DNA from: Nanobdellota archaeon | Lineage (GTDB): Archaea > Nanobdellota > Nanobdellia > UBA10117 > ARS21 | Length of the DNA stretch: 64,000 nucleotides | Assembly (NCBI GenBank): GCA_014240455.1 | Contig: JAAZWY010000003.1 | Span: 1,327-65,326 of the forward strand | Direction of reading: 5' to 3' | Shown: positions 28,948 through 39,016 of the stretch, in pieces | How positions within the stretch are numbered: the stretch's first letter is position 1 | Layout of the letters: each line of letters opens with the position of its first letter | The notes under the pieces: model-generated | Seen by the model: only the letters and a program-made list of their open reading frames with translations | What the model was told of the DNA's origin: nothing | Database searches by the model: none | Position numbers and translations under genes: made by a program

Positions 28948-29543
28948 TTAAAGATTTAATCGGAACAATATTAGGAAGAAAAGACCCAATGTACCGATTC
29001 ATTTATTATCATTCATTCAAACGATTCTTTCTAACATATTTCTTATTTGCAACAGTATTTGCCGCACTAAAAGTTATAGATGCGTATGCATTAGATCGCG
29101 TAGTTCCTGGAATCTGGTCACTAGATTTTTATTTATTATCCCTGAGCATAATACCTCTAACACTAATTGCATTGGGAATGATTGTATCAATTTCTTCAAT
29201 ACTTATATTCATAACAGCAAAAGTTCTAAAAAAACAAGTAAATTTTGCACAACTATTTTTTGCAATGCATTCAATAATCCCATTTTTCCTAATAATAAAA
29301 CTACTTATGACTTTATCAGTTCTAGCTTACGGAACAACATTCTTAGTATTATTCTTCAACATAATGATTATTCCAGCAGTTTTATACTTCCTATTCATAA
29401 TGGCAAAGACTACAAGTTATTTCACAACAATGTCACTAGGACTGTCAACTCTAACAATAATAACTATAATGCTAGTATTTGTCGTAGCACTATACTTGGC
29501 ATATATTTACATGACTGAGTTAGTAACAGCGAGTTTAATATGA
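28944..29543 (+). CDS. polytopic membrane protein of unknown function inside pilin operon
   Basis: 199 aa, ~6 TM; no GxGD/A24 peptidase motif. Confidence 0.45.
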   Translation: MIKDLIGTILGRKDPMYRFIYYHSFKRFFLTYFLFATVFAALKVIDAYALDRVVPGIWSLDFYLLSLSIIPLTLIALGMIVSISSILIFITAKVLKKQVNFAQLFFAMHSIIPFFLIIKLLMTLSVLAYGTTFLVLFFNIMIIPAVLYFLFIMAKTTSYFTTMSLGLSTLTIITIMLVFVVALYLAYIYMTELVTASLI

Positions 29544-30973
29544 AAAAAGGTCAACAAAATTACTTTATGATTGTAGTGATAATAGCAGTTTTATCACTTG
29601 TAGTTGGAATAATACTATTTGTGAATCTTGGAGGACAATTAAGAGAAAACCAAGATGTTAATGACGCATTTTGCAAATCAAAGATTGACGCACTAAGTAA
29701 AGACCTAGAACCTGAATTAACTTCAGCATGGGGTGACGCGCTACAAAACGTATTCAAGTCTTTCAGAGCATCATGTACGACACAAACAGAAGTAGTTGAT
29801 CCTCAGAACTGGGATGCTTGTGACTCATCATTCAAAGCATTGTCAAAAACAGAACCCACGGCAGCAGCAACAAATTGTGCAATGCAACAAGTTTCAGATA
29901 AGGTTCAACGATGTTGGGAAATGTCAGGAGAAGGAAGACGTACTGCATTTTCCTGGGCATGTTTCAATGTAGTAATTTCAGAAGCAAGTGAAACTCCTGA
30001 AGTAAGCAGTTATACTGAATTCAAAAATCAAATAATAAAATCATTCAACTGTCCACTATTTGACGGAACATGTAAAGACTATGCAAGAGACTCAATTGAT
30101 CCTGCAACAATTCTTGCAGCATATAATAATCTAATAGATATAACTGAATTATCAACTAAAAGTAAGATAGATTTCTGTAGAATAACAGAATTGAGTCAAG
30201 ATGATCTATCAACTGAACAAGAAATGTATGAAACTGAATTGATAAACAAACGCATTGAAGAAATTTATTCTGAATTAATTAATTCAAATGTAAACTCAGT
30301 ATTAGAAAAATACGTAGTGGATAAAATGGTTGAACACGGAGATTCAGAAATAGATTGCACTTTGAATACTCTAACTACTGAAGTAAAGTCAAACTTAGAA
30401 CAAATTGAGGAATATAATTCAGACCTAGAACCCTTTGAAAACTCAGTATTAAGAAAATATAATTCGGCACACAATTCTGAGTTATCGGAACTACCTTTCC
30501 AGCTAATGAAAGATACAAGACTTGAAACAGAAACTATAACCTTCACAGAACTCGAACTAAAAAACTTCATGAAGAACATACCAATTCAAGAACAAAGTAT
30601 AAGTTATTGTGATTCAATATCTTACAAGGGAAAAGATTGTGAAGATAGAGTAGAATATTATCCCAACGGATTTAAATTGAAACAAAATAAATTATTCTCA
30701 ATTGAATATTGTGGAGATAGACTCCCTTTCGGATCAAGCCTAGTGGCAACTTCAGTTTGTGAACAAGGAGATGACCAAAGAAGAATACTAATTTCAGATA
30801 GTCCCACAGGTGGAGGATCAAGACTAATAAATGAGAACTTGGACTACAATTGCCCAATCTTAGAAACTGCAGCAGGATTGGAATTACCTTTCATAGAAAC
30901 CGGAATATCAAATCCATTTGGCGCAGCAGAAACAATCTGTAAGAAAGGAGTAGTAAGAACACTAACTTCATAA
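29540..30973 (+). CDS. large Cys-rich class III signal peptide pilin-like protein
   Basis: MKKGQ|QNYFMIVVIIAVLSLVVGIILF; 477 aa, >20 Cys. Confidence 0.7.
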   Translation: MKKGQQNYFMIVVIIAVLSLVVGIILFVNLGGQLRENQDVNDAFCKSKIDALSKDLEPELTSAWGDALQNVFKSFRASCTTQTEVVDPQNWDACDSSFKALSKTEPTAAATNCAMQQVSDKVQRCWEMSGEGRRTAFSWACFNVVISEASETPEVSSYTEFKNQIIKSFNCPLFDGTCKDYARDSIDPATILAAYNNLIDITELSTKSKIDFCRITELSQDDLSTEQEMYETELINKRIEEIYSELINSNVNSVLEKYVVDKMVEHGDSEIDCTLNTLTTEVKSNLEQIEEYNSDLEPFENSVLRKYNSAHNSELSELPFQLMKDTRLETETITFTELELKNFMKNIPIQEQSISYCDSISYKGKDCEDRVEYYPNGFKLKQNKLFSIEYCGDRLPFGSSLVATSVCEQGDDQRRILISDSPTGGGSRLINENLDYNCPILETAAGLELPFIETGISNPFGAAETICKKGVVRTLTS

Positions 30974-31013
30974 CACAGTCATCTTTTTATAAAATCGAGA
31001 CAATAATTACACT

Positions 31014-31202
31014 ATGAAATCAAGGAAAGGAATGTCTCTACCGATTGAAACAGTAATAATTATGATTATCGCAATTGTTGTCCTAGCATTAGTATTACTA
31101 TTTGTTACAGGAAAATGGACGGATCTAACGGGAACGCTTGGAGGACTTGAAACTGGAATCTCAGACGGAGCAACAGAAAGCGTAGAACAAATATTCGAAT
31201 GA
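31014..31202 (+). CDS. 62-aa minor pilin-like protein
   Basis: MKSRKG|MSLPIETVIIMIIAIVVLALVLLFV. Confidence 0.55.
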   Translation: MKSRKGMSLPIETVIIMIIAIVVLALVLLFVTGKWTDLTGTLGGLETGISDGATESVEQIFE

Positions 31203-31735
31203 AAAAAGGAGACGCATTACTTACAATTGTTTTTAGTATAATTGGCGCAATCATGATTCTCATTATCGGAACTCATGTATTCTCAACAACACTAAATATC
31301 GTAGATGATGAAGCATTAGCAGTAACTTCAATGAGACAAATTGCAACAGCGGCAAATTCTGCAAAATCGTTTGACATTTGTGCATCAGCAGAACTAAATC
31401 TGGCAAGAAGTTATCAAATTATTGCAAAAGGTAACATGCTAGAATTATATGAACAGAAAATGGCAGAGGAAGAACCAACGCTAGTGGACAGCATAACCAT
31501 CAATTCAGAATCAAGAGTAATGTGTAATTATGATGATACTCCTCAATGTAGAAATGAACGGCAGTCAGCTGAACGAGGAATGTCAATAAATCCAAATTTC
31601 GATAGAGAAATAGATCAAGTATTTTGCGTTTGTAAATACGGAGCAATAGTTAACGGAAATCAAGATTTTATAGTATATCCAAAGTCTGGATGGGAACCAA
31701 CTTGTGATGATCCAGTAAGTAGTTATCAAGCATGA
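31199..31735 (+). CDS. class III signal peptide pilin-like protein
   Basis: MKKGD|ALLTIVFSIIGAIMILIIG. Confidence 0.65.
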   Translation: MKKGDALLTIVFSIIGAIMILIIGTHVFSTTLNIVDDEALAVTSMRQIATAANSAKSFDICASAELNLARSYQIIAKGNMLELYEQKMAEEEPTLVDSITINSESRVMCNYDDTPQCRNERQSAERGMSINPNFDREIDQVFCVCKYGAIVNGNQDFIVYPKSGWEPTCDDPVSSYQA

Positions 31736-33555
31736 AATTAAATAAACGAGGACAGGGAACAAACCTAGTTTTAATAGTCGGAGTTATACTGGCAACAGCA
31801 ATTTCAGTATTTGCAGTATATACAACTTTTGATGATGTAGTACAAAATATGGTAACTGGAGATCCAGAATTGGCAGCAAGAGAATTAGCGTCATATATGG
31901 ATATTGCATCCTCATCTCCAAATGAGATCACGATATATTCATCAACACCAATAACTGTTGCAGGATTTCCGGCATATGGAACTGTTTTATTTAACGCGGA
32001 AGACCGAGAAATCAGAGTACATCCATATCCTCAAGATTTAATGCAAGCTCAAATACTAAAAAGTATGTATGGAGAAATTTCAGCAGAGGAAGCTTATAGT
32101 GTAATGGCACTATATGGTTATCGAAGTAGCAATGTTGTTTTGAGAGCACAATCTAGATTAGCAGGAAGTATAGCTCAAGATTTGGGCGCAAGAGCTGCAA
32201 GAGATCAGGCACTGCGCGATGTACAAGAAGCACTTTCTGATGATTTCTTTGGAAATTTAGATATGATTGGAAGGGACGCAATATCTGACGCCGCTTACGA
32301 TCTCTCACCAACAAACGCGAAAAAATACTTAGATCTTGAAGAGAAATATGCCAACAAATTAGCAAAAAAACAAGCAAAAGCAATACGTGCGGCAAGAGCC
32401 GGATCAAGATTAAGTAAATTAAAAAGAGCGGCAGCATGGGTATGGCCACCAAGTCTAGCAAGAAAAGCAGTAACGGGTACATCATGGGTTTCAAGTAAAA
32501 TAGGACTCACCAAGTATGCTAGCGGAGTTGTAAGGAAACTAGAATCTAAAGCAGCTAGACGTGCAGCAGTAAAGGCAGAAAAAGCAGTTGCAAGAGGCGC
32601 ATCAGTTACAATAATGTTAGATATTGGTGAAACTGCAGAAGATGTTGCATGCGCAATCCCGACGCCACCTTCACAAGTAGTATGTAAGGCAAGTTCAGTA
32701 ATAAGGAGAGGAATATTTATGGTATTCATGTTAGCAGAAGGAGCGTGGACTTTCTGGCCAATACATCATTCAATAACTAATGCAAGAGATGCAACTGAAC
32801 AAATTGACGATAAATTCGGAACTTTCGAGTTTCATACTGGAAATATACCAATTCAAGCAGAATTACCTAATTGTGAAAGCGAACCTTATGCAGTAAATAT
32901 GGATTTACCGATGGGCGAAGCGCTAGAAGCAATAGGATTACAAGATATTCTAAGTGCACAAATGAATATGCCAATGTCCGAATCAACAGAGGAAATCAAA
33001 ACTTATTCAGGAATTAAAAATAGACAAAATGAATGTTTCGATTCACATAATTGGTATCTAGATGATGGCGGATTAATTACAGACATATTATTTCTGGACA
33101 ATTATGCAATAACGCATCCTTGGACTTTGGGCGTGGCAGCACCCTTCGCAGCATGTACTGGAATTGGAATTGTCAAGGAACCAAGCTCTGGAAGTTCATG
33201 TATTATGATGATGGAAGCAAGTCTACTTGGTGCATGGTCAAACCAAGAAAACTCATGGACTACTGGATGGAAAGAAAATTGGAAAGGAAACACTTTCATG
33301 CTCGCAATAACTGCAGCAATGGTAACTGGGAAACCAATAAAATTCTTCAAGAGTAAAGAAGGAGCAATAGCATTAGGGCTATACAATTTATTACCGATGG
33401 ATTCAGTAAACTTATTCTCCTACATTTCAGGAGCGGATGAATTAATAGATGCAGATAAAGAATATTATATGGAAGATCCATTAGTAATATCCATAAGCAA
33501 AGAATACGACGAGAGTTCAGATGAATACGTCTTGGTGGTGGACAAAGCAATATGA
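31732..33555 (+). CDS. 607-aa pilin-like protein (possible tip/adhesin) with basic Ala/Lys/Arg-rich segment
   Basis: MKLNKRGQ|GTNLVLIVGVILATAISVFAVY. Confidence 0.65.
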   Translation: MKLNKRGQGTNLVLIVGVILATAISVFAVYTTFDDVVQNMVTGDPELAARELASYMDIASSSPNEITIYSSTPITVAGFPAYGTVLFNAEDREIRVHPYPQDLMQAQILKSMYGEISAEEAYSVMALYGYRSSNVVLRAQSRLAGSIAQDLGARAARDQALRDVQEALSDDFFGNLDMIGRDAISDAAYDLSPTNAKKYLDLEEKYANKLAKKQAKAIRAARAGSRLSKLKRAAAWVWPPSLARKAVTGTSWVSSKIGLTKYASGVVRKLESKAARRAAVKAEKAVARGASVTIMLDIGETAEDVACAIPTPPSQVVCKASSVIRRGIFMVFMLAEGAWTFWPIHHSITNARDATEQIDDKFGTFEFHTGNIPIQAELPNCESEPYAVNMDLPMGEALEAIGLQDILSAQMNMPMSESTEEIKTYSGIKNRQNECFDSHNWYLDDGGLITDILFLDNYAITHPWTLGVAAPFAACTGIGIVKEPSSGSSCIMMMEASLLGAWSNQENSWTTGWKENWKGNTFMLAITAAMVTGKPIKFFKSKEGAIALGLYNLLPMDSVNLFSYISGADELIDADKEYYMEDPLVISISKEYDESSDEYVLVVDKAI

Positions 33556-34052
33556 AATCAAAAAGAGGAACAGGTCAGGCAGAAATGATATTATATTTAT
33601 TCTTCGCAGTGATCTTCATTATGGTAGGAATCTTATCTGTAAAAGCATATTTACTAAATGCGGAATTGGATAAAGAATTACATCTTTCAAATCTAGATTT
33701 TGGAATAATTGGGAACAGAATGATTGCATCAGATAATTGTCTAAGTGCAAGACAAACCATAACACTAACAGACGGAGAAGACAGTTACAATGTTAATTTT
33801 GTAGAAACTGGAACGCTTATAAAAAACAGAATAACAGATCCAATAATAAACGAATGTCTAAGAGGCTTTGATAAAGAAAAGTATCACTTAACTTTTTCTG
33901 AACTTTCAGAAGACGGAACAAGAACGGTTCTTGGAAATGAAGAAGGGTATGGTTCACTGGATTGTAAGAAATCAAATAGAAAAGGAGAGTTCTTAATTGG
34001 ACTTAAAGGTTCATCAACAAGATTGGGAGTATTTGAAATATGTATAGATTGA
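33552..34052 (+). CDS. class III signal peptide pilin-like protein
   Basis: MKSKRGTGQ|AEMILYLFFAVIFIMVGILSV. Confidence 0.6.
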   Translation: MKSKRGTGQAEMILYLFFAVIFIMVGILSVKAYLLNAELDKELHLSNLDFGIIGNRMIASDNCLSARQTITLTDGEDSYNVNFVETGTLIKNRITDPIINECLRGFDKEKYHLTFSELSEDGTRTVLGNEEGYGSLDCKKSNRKGEFLIGLKGSSTRLGVFEICID

Positions 34053-34582
34053 AAAAAGGACAAATAAATTTCATGGTAGAATTAATTATCGGCGCTGTGC
34101 TAATTCTACTAATTGTAGCAAGTAGTTATTATTTTGCTGAGAATTCAAACATAAAAGCAACAGCAAAAGTATATGCAGAGAATACTGAAACAAACTGCTA
34201 TACTACACTAAATACTTTAACGCAATCAGATCAATTCCTGAATGGAAAAACATCAACTGAACTGTCTGACCGAACAAACACTATTGAAAAATTAAAGACT
34301 ATCCGAGACAAATTAGAATTGTTTCTTCCCAACTCAGACTTCAGTCTCACGCTATTTGATAAATGCGAAGATTTCAGAGGTGAGTGCGACAAAGATGAAG
34401 AGAGCATAATAATGTCTGGACAAGAACGAGCAAAAGCAAGTTCTACAGGATTTAATCCACCACCTTCCCAGTCAGAATCATGTAACTATCCAATCCCAAT
34501 TGAATGCGATCCTCAAGATTATGTGGATGCTCCAACAGAAACACAATGTAAAATGTTTATAGAAATGAGGTTGAATTACTAA
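34040..34582 (+). CDS. class III signal peptide pilin-like protein
   Basis: MYRLKKGQ|INFMVELIIGAVLILLIVA. Confidence 0.65.
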   Translation: MYRLKKGQINFMVELIIGAVLILLIVASSYYFAENSNIKATAKVYAENTETNCYTTLNTLTQSDQFLNGKTSTELSDRTNTIEKLKTIRDKLELFLPNSDFSLTLFDKCEDFRGECDKDEESIIMSGQERAKASSTGFNPPPSQSESCNYPIPIECDPQDYVDAPTETQCKMFIEMRLNY

Positions 34583-35277
34583 TGAAAAGAGGACAGATGC
34601 TAATCATCACTGCAATCGTTTTACTGGTCTCCTTAGGCGCAGTTCTAATGTGGAATGAAGGAGGTGTAACAAAAACTGTAACAATAGGACAAACTCAATC
34701 AGAAATATTTGAGACGTTCTCAATCGGGCAAATAATTAATAATTACATAATTGATTCATCTGAAATTTCAAGATGTAATGCAATGCACTCAACAGCTAAA
34801 GCTTGGGAGGACGGGACTTTGCCAACATCATCAAAAATAAAAGAATACTTTGAAGACAGATATAGAGAATCTCTGTTAGTATATATGGCAGATTTTCCTC
34901 CAATATCTGACACGTCCTTACAATCTGAGAACTCATTATATACAAACTTATTTTTCCAAACAGAGTTTGATTATGAAAATAATTTAATCAAAGGAGGACC
35001 GCAGAAAGTAAGATATAGTGGTGAAGAAGAAACAGAAATTTTCATAGATTTCCTAGAAATACTTAGCAAGGACGGATATATGTATAAAATAAGACCTGTT
35101 TATTCAATAGAATTTCAAACTGAATACTTCGATTATTTTGAAACAATGAGAGAATGGTCTTCCGGAACACCACAAGGATTCAAAGACGTAGGAATGATTG
35201 GAGAAACAAACCAAGTTCTTGCAACAACCGATTTGAAGTGTTTAGGGAAAAATGTACAGATAATTTTCACTCCTTAA
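34582..35277 (+). CDS. class III signal peptide pilin-like protein
   Basis: MKRGQ|MLIITAIVLLVSLGAVLMW. Confidence 0.65.
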   Translation: MKRGQMLIITAIVLLVSLGAVLMWNEGGVTKTVTIGQTQSEIFETFSIGQIINNYIIDSSEISRCNAMHSTAKAWEDGTLPTSSKIKEYFEDRYRESLLVYMADFPPISDTSLQSENSLYTNLFFQTEFDYENNLIKGGPQKVRYSGEEETEIFIDFLEILSKDGYMYKIRPVYSIEFQTEYFDYFETMREWSSGTPQGFKDVGMIGETNQVLATTDLKCLGKNVQIIFTP

Positions 35278-35314
35278 TCACAACTTTTAAAAACCTCAAT
35301 TATTACCCAAACGC

Positions 35315-35989
35315 ATGGCAAAGCTCAGACCTGCAAGTTGTCACCGAAGAATTAAACGAGCATACACTCGTACATCGAAGTATAGACGACTATCTTACAT
35401 CAAGGGAGCGCCAAACCATAAAATTATTCACTTTGACTCAGGAAACAGACGATATGAAATGTTTCCAAAAACTATAGTTCTAAATGGAACTAAAGCAATA
35501 AATCTAAGACACAATGCAATTGAAGCAGCAAGAATTGTAGTCACAAGACAGATGTCAAAGACTGTTGGAAAATTCGCATTTGGATTAAAGCTAAAAGTTT
35601 TCCCACATCATATTATTAGAGAAAATCCAATCGCTATGGGAGCAGGAGCAGACCGAATGTCTCAAGGAATGCGTTCAGCTTTTGGTAAAACTATATCTCG
35701 TGCAGCAAGATTAAAACCAGATCAAACAATAATTCAACTTTATGTTCAAGAAGAAAATATTAAAGATGCAAAACGAGCATTAGAAAAAGCATCAAAGAAA
35801 TTTGGAATTTCTTGCACAATTAGAACACTAGATAATCCATTATATGTTGGAGCAGAAGCAGCAGCATTAATTAAACCTAAACTCAGAGAAGCAGCACCAA
35901 AAGCAGAAGAAGAAGCTACTGAAGAAACAGAAACAGCTGAAGAATCTGAAACTGAGACTGAAGAAAAACCAGCAAAAGCAACTGCTTAA
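35315..35989 (+). CDS. rpl10e: ribosomal protein L10e (uL16) with acidic C-terminal extension
   Basis: MAKLRPASCHRRIKRAYTRTSKYRRLSYIKGAP...IRENPIAMGAGADRM. Confidence 0.9.
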   Translation: MAKLRPASCHRRIKRAYTRTSKYRRLSYIKGAPNHKIIHFDSGNRRYEMFPKTIVLNGTKAINLRHNAIEAARIVVTRQMSKTVGKFAFGLKLKVFPHHIIRENPIAMGAGADRMSQGMRSAFGKTISRAARLKPDQTIIQLYVQEENIKDAKRALEKASKKFGISCTIRTLDNPLYVGAEAAALIKPKLREAAPKAEEEATEETETAEESETETEEKPAKATA

Positions 35990-36034
35990 TTTTTTACCTA
36001 AATGTTTTTAATGAATACCTAAACCCATATATTA

Positions 36035-37597
36035 ATGGTTAGATGGCTGAATGAAGTTTCAAAATCCAACACGGAAGAAGTTGGGGAGAAGGCAGCACTT
36101 TTGGGTGAGATGATTAAATTCGGTTTTCCAGTCCCACGTGGTTTTGTAATTTCTTACGATGAGTTTGATAAAGCCATGGTTGAGCTTGGACCAGAAATAC
36201 AATCAATTTTATCTATAGCAAATCCAGACAACTTCAACTCAATTCTTACAGCATCATCAAAAATAAAAGAACTATTCAAAAACTATCAATTTTCAAATGA
36301 TTTTGAAAGAGAAGTAAAAGATTATTATTCAAAACTTCACATTGATAAGAACGAATACGGAAATGTAAATTCTGACGCATTCAATTTCATCAAAGCAGGA
36401 AGGGAACTACCGTTTGTATCTGTCAGAGTTTCAAATGCATCATCAACACCAAAACATTATTCAACTTCATTAAACGTAAAACAAACTCAAGAAATTCTTT
36501 CAGCAATAAGAAAAGCATGGGCATCAATTTATTCACCATACTCTATTCTTTACCGAAGATCAAACAACTCACCCTTTCCAAGAGCAGCAATACTAATTCA
36601 GGAAATGATTAACTCATCAAAATCCGGAGATTTATTTTCAATAAATCCTATAACTGGAAACAAAGATCAGACTGTAATTCAAGGACGTTGGGGACTAAGT
36701 CTAAAAAGTTCTCCGGGAGCAAGCATATTTATTTGCGACAAACAATCATCAAAAATTCTAGAATCTTATGAATCAAAACCAACAAAATATTACACAAAAG
36801 ATCCGCAACATGGAAACACGGCAATAAGAACTCTTGAAGAAGAATTCAAAGACCTCCCAGTTTTAGGATCAAGAGAAGTAGAGTTACTAACAAGAATTGC
36901 AACAGATGCAGAAAACAAATTAGGTTTTCCAGTAAATATTGAATGGTCAATAGAAAAGAGAAAGTTTCATCTGATTCAAGTCAGACCAGCATCAAACTTT
37001 TTCAAAGGACCGGTATTTTCAAATCAGTTTCCAAACCAATTCGATAAAACAATGGCACGAGGATTACCTGCTTCACCAGGATTTGTTACAAATAAAACCG
37101 TAATAATAAATTCACCAAACGATTTTCACAAATTCCAACCAAACAATATTCTAATAACAGATTCTTTCAACGGACAAATACTTCCACTAATGCTTCAATC
37201 TTCAGGAGTAATTTTCAAGAATGAAGATCTTTCATCCTTCGGAGCAGTAATTGCAAGAGACTTTGAAAAGCCATGTATAGTAAAAGCCAAAATAGACATC
37301 AGTTCAGACCTTGAGCAAGCAGAATTAAACGCATCAACTGGAAAGTTATACGGACCGGAGCAAGCTACAGAAACTCAATTTGAATCCGAAGAATCAACTG
37401 AGACAATAAACTTGGAAGGAATATACAAAAGTCTGGAGGAAGTAGAGCGAGAGCTAACGACACTAAATGCACAATTAACTGAAGCAAGAAGTCAAAATCT
37501 CCTATCGGAATCAGACAGAGAAAAGTCAAAACTAATTTCAGATTTAGAATGGGAAGTAAGAGAACTAAAAGAAAAACTTAGTCGGCATCTACAGTAA
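36035..37597 (+). CDS. PEP synthase/PPDK-like protein (ATP-grasp N-domain + swivel-like domain), catalytic His absent, C-terminal coiled coil
   Basis: VGEKAALLGEM..GFPVPRGFVI nucleotide-binding motif; swivel region reads LSSFGAVIARDFEKPCIV where canonical TxHAAIxARExGIPxVVG has His (F in place of H); no PEP/pyruvate TIM-barrel domain. Confidence 0.65.
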   Translation: MVRWLNEVSKSNTEEVGEKAALLGEMIKFGFPVPRGFVISYDEFDKAMVELGPEIQSILSIANPDNFNSILTASSKIKELFKNYQFSNDFEREVKDYYSKLHIDKNEYGNVNSDAFNFIKAGRELPFVSVRVSNASSTPKHYSTSLNVKQTQEILSAIRKAWASIYSPYSILYRRSNNSPFPRAAILIQEMINSSKSGDLFSINPITGNKDQTVIQGRWGLSLKSSPGASIFICDKQSSKILESYESKPTKYYTKDPQHGNTAIRTLEEEFKDLPVLGSREVELLTRIATDAENKLGFPVNIEWSIEKRKFHLIQVRPASNFFKGPVFSNQFPNQFDKTMARGLPASPGFVTNKTVIINSPNDFHKFQPNNILITDSFNGQILPLMLQSSGVIFKNEDLSSFGAVIARDFEKPCIVKAKIDISSDLEQAELNASTGKLYGPEQATETQFESEESTETINLEGIYKSLEEVERELTTLNAQLTEARSQNLLSESDREKSKLISDLEWEVRELKEKLSRHLQ

Positions 37598-37919
37598 ACA
37601 AGACATCATCACCGTCAACATCAAATATTTTTACTATTGCACCTGCATCTAACCACGCATGAGCATAATTTACTGCTGCAAAAGAATTAACCCAATCATT
37701 ACTTTCTTTGAAGTGATTAGCATCAGATAAATAACTACGTGCCATTTCCAGATACTTTTCACCAATCTTAACTTCACGCGAAGACAAACCTTCAGAAAGT
37801 TTAACCTTTTCAAGAGCTTGAGCTGTAAGATTCAAATATTTATCCAATTTCTCAGCAGTTATTTCTTTCATAACAGAACTCCCGCTTTCACCATTATAAA
37901 TCCTCCGAAGAGCTAACAT
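37578..37919 (-). CDS. conserved-looking hypothetical protein (alpha/beta)
   Basis: 113-aa ORF, clean start; no motif recognised. Confidence 0.35.
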   Translation of the reverse strand: MLALRRIYNGESGSSVMKEITAEKLDKYLNLTAQALEKVKLSEGLSSREVKIGEKYLEMARSYLSDANHFKESNDWVNSFAAVNYAHAWLDAGAIVKIFDVDGDDVLFTVDAD

Positions 37920-37947
37920 TTAAATAAAACAAGAACATTACTACAAC

Positions 37948-38268
37948 ATGAAGAAATTTGATTATCATCAATATGTTTCAATGACTGTAATAATTGTGGC
38001 ATTACTAATAATTACATTCTTTGTGTTTGGACCAAATGCGAATTTCTTCCAAGGATTTGATACACCGATTGATTGTGATAACATTCCCGATGCAACAAAC
38101 GCAGTTACTTTCTACAAAAATGCAGACACAGATAATGATGGATTAAGTGATTACAATGAATGCATCTTCGGAACAAATCCAGCAGTTGCAGACACTGATG
38201 GAGATCACAAATCTGACGGAAAAGAAGTAAATGCAAGATTCCCAACAGATCCTTTAACAGTAAATTAA
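37948..38268 (+). CDS. membrane-anchored thrombospondin-type-3-like Ca-binding repeat protein (small paralog of 12959 gene)
   Basis: TM then NADTDNDGLSDYNECIFGTNPAVADTDGDHKSDGKEV. Confidence 0.5.
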   Translation: MKKFDYHQYVSMTVIIVALLIITFFVFGPNANFFQGFDTPIDCDNIPDATNAVTFYKNADTDNDGLSDYNECIFGTNPAVADTDGDHKSDGKEVNARFPTDPLTVN

Positions 38269-38311
38269 GCCAAATAAAAACACTTTTAACCAAACTTCAA
38301 ACACTAAGACT

Positions 38312-38578
38312 ATGATCGAGAAATATGATATCGAGGTTCAGAAGATTGTCGACGAAGCAAAGAAAATCGAAGCAAAGACAATTGTAATTCAACTACCTGA
38401 CGGTCTCAAAAATGACGCAACAAAACTTCAAACTCAATTAGAAGAATTAACTGGAGCAACAATAGTTTTCTGGGCAGGTTCAAATTTCGGAGCATGCGAC
38501 ATTCCAACAAATTTACCAAAAGAATACGATATGTTGGTGGCAATCGGTCATGCGTTTGCGTACAACATTAAAGATTGA
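38312..38578 (+). CDS. dph2: Dph2 N-terminal domain (2-(3-amino-3-carboxypropyl)histidine synthase), split gene part 1
   Basis: YDIEVQKIVDEAKKIEAKTIVIQLPDGLK...FWAGSNFGACDIP...VAIGH matches first Cys-bearing domain of archaeal Dph2; ends TGA at 38576-38578. Confidence 0.65.
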   Translation: MIEKYDIEVQKIVDEAKKIEAKTIVIQLPDGLKNDATKLQTQLEELTGATIVFWAGSNFGACDIPTNLPKEYDMLVAIGHAFAYNIKD

Positions 38579-38620
38579 ATTCTACAAAACCTTTAAATAA
38601 AATCACCCTTAAGACTAGTT

Positions 38621-38914
38621 ATGGCTTTTCTAGGAATGGAAGGAACACTTGGAACCGGAATCGGTCTCCTCCTAGGATTAGCGTTGCTTAAGTATAGCGG
38701 ATATGTTGATGCTGTACGAAAGGAGCTTAGTTATATCGCGGCTGGTGCAATGTTTTTGCTACTTAGCTCAGTGACTGGAACTGGGCTTGACGGAATTGCA
38801 GGCTTCGAACAAGCCATTCTTTACATAAATATAATTTTTGTAGTAGTTGCATTCCTGTTAACGTTAATCGGTGCATTGTTAATGGCAGTGCAAATATTTT
38901 CAAAGATCAGATAA
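38621..38914 (+). CDS. small 3-TM membrane protein inserted between the Dph2 halves
   Basis: 97 aa hydrophobic ORF with its own terminator hairpin. Confidence 0.45.
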   Translation: MAFLGMEGTLGTGIGLLLGLALLKYSGYVDAVRKELSYIAAGAMFLLLSSVTGTGLDGIAGFEQAILYINIIFVVVAFLLTLIGALLMAVQIFSKIR

Positions 38915-38940
38915 ACTCTGATCTTTGTTTTTCTTTTTTG
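38903..38940 (+). terminator. hairpin + T-tract
   Basis: aagatcag-ataaact-ctgatctt then tgtttttcttttttg; stop codon lies in loop. Confidence 0.5.
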
Positions 38941-39016
38941 AATATTATTTTTAGTCAACGTTTTTTTCAAAAAGGCTGTTCGAAACCCTTTTAATCCGAA
39001 AACTTGCCCACAAACT

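Noticed and set aside
28944-29543. Polytopic membrane protein in the pilin operon considered as the missing prepilin peptidase
   Set aside because: No GxGD / A24 aspartic peptidase motifs and no conserved Asp in a first cytoplasmic loop. Left as unknown membrane protein.
32153-32729. Minus-strand ORFs inside the 607-aa pilin-like gene
   Set aside because: Antisense, generated by the Ala/Lys/Arg-rich segment.
35154-35477. 107-aa + strand ORF bridging the last pilin and L10e
   Set aside because: Overlaps two well-supported genes in other frames.
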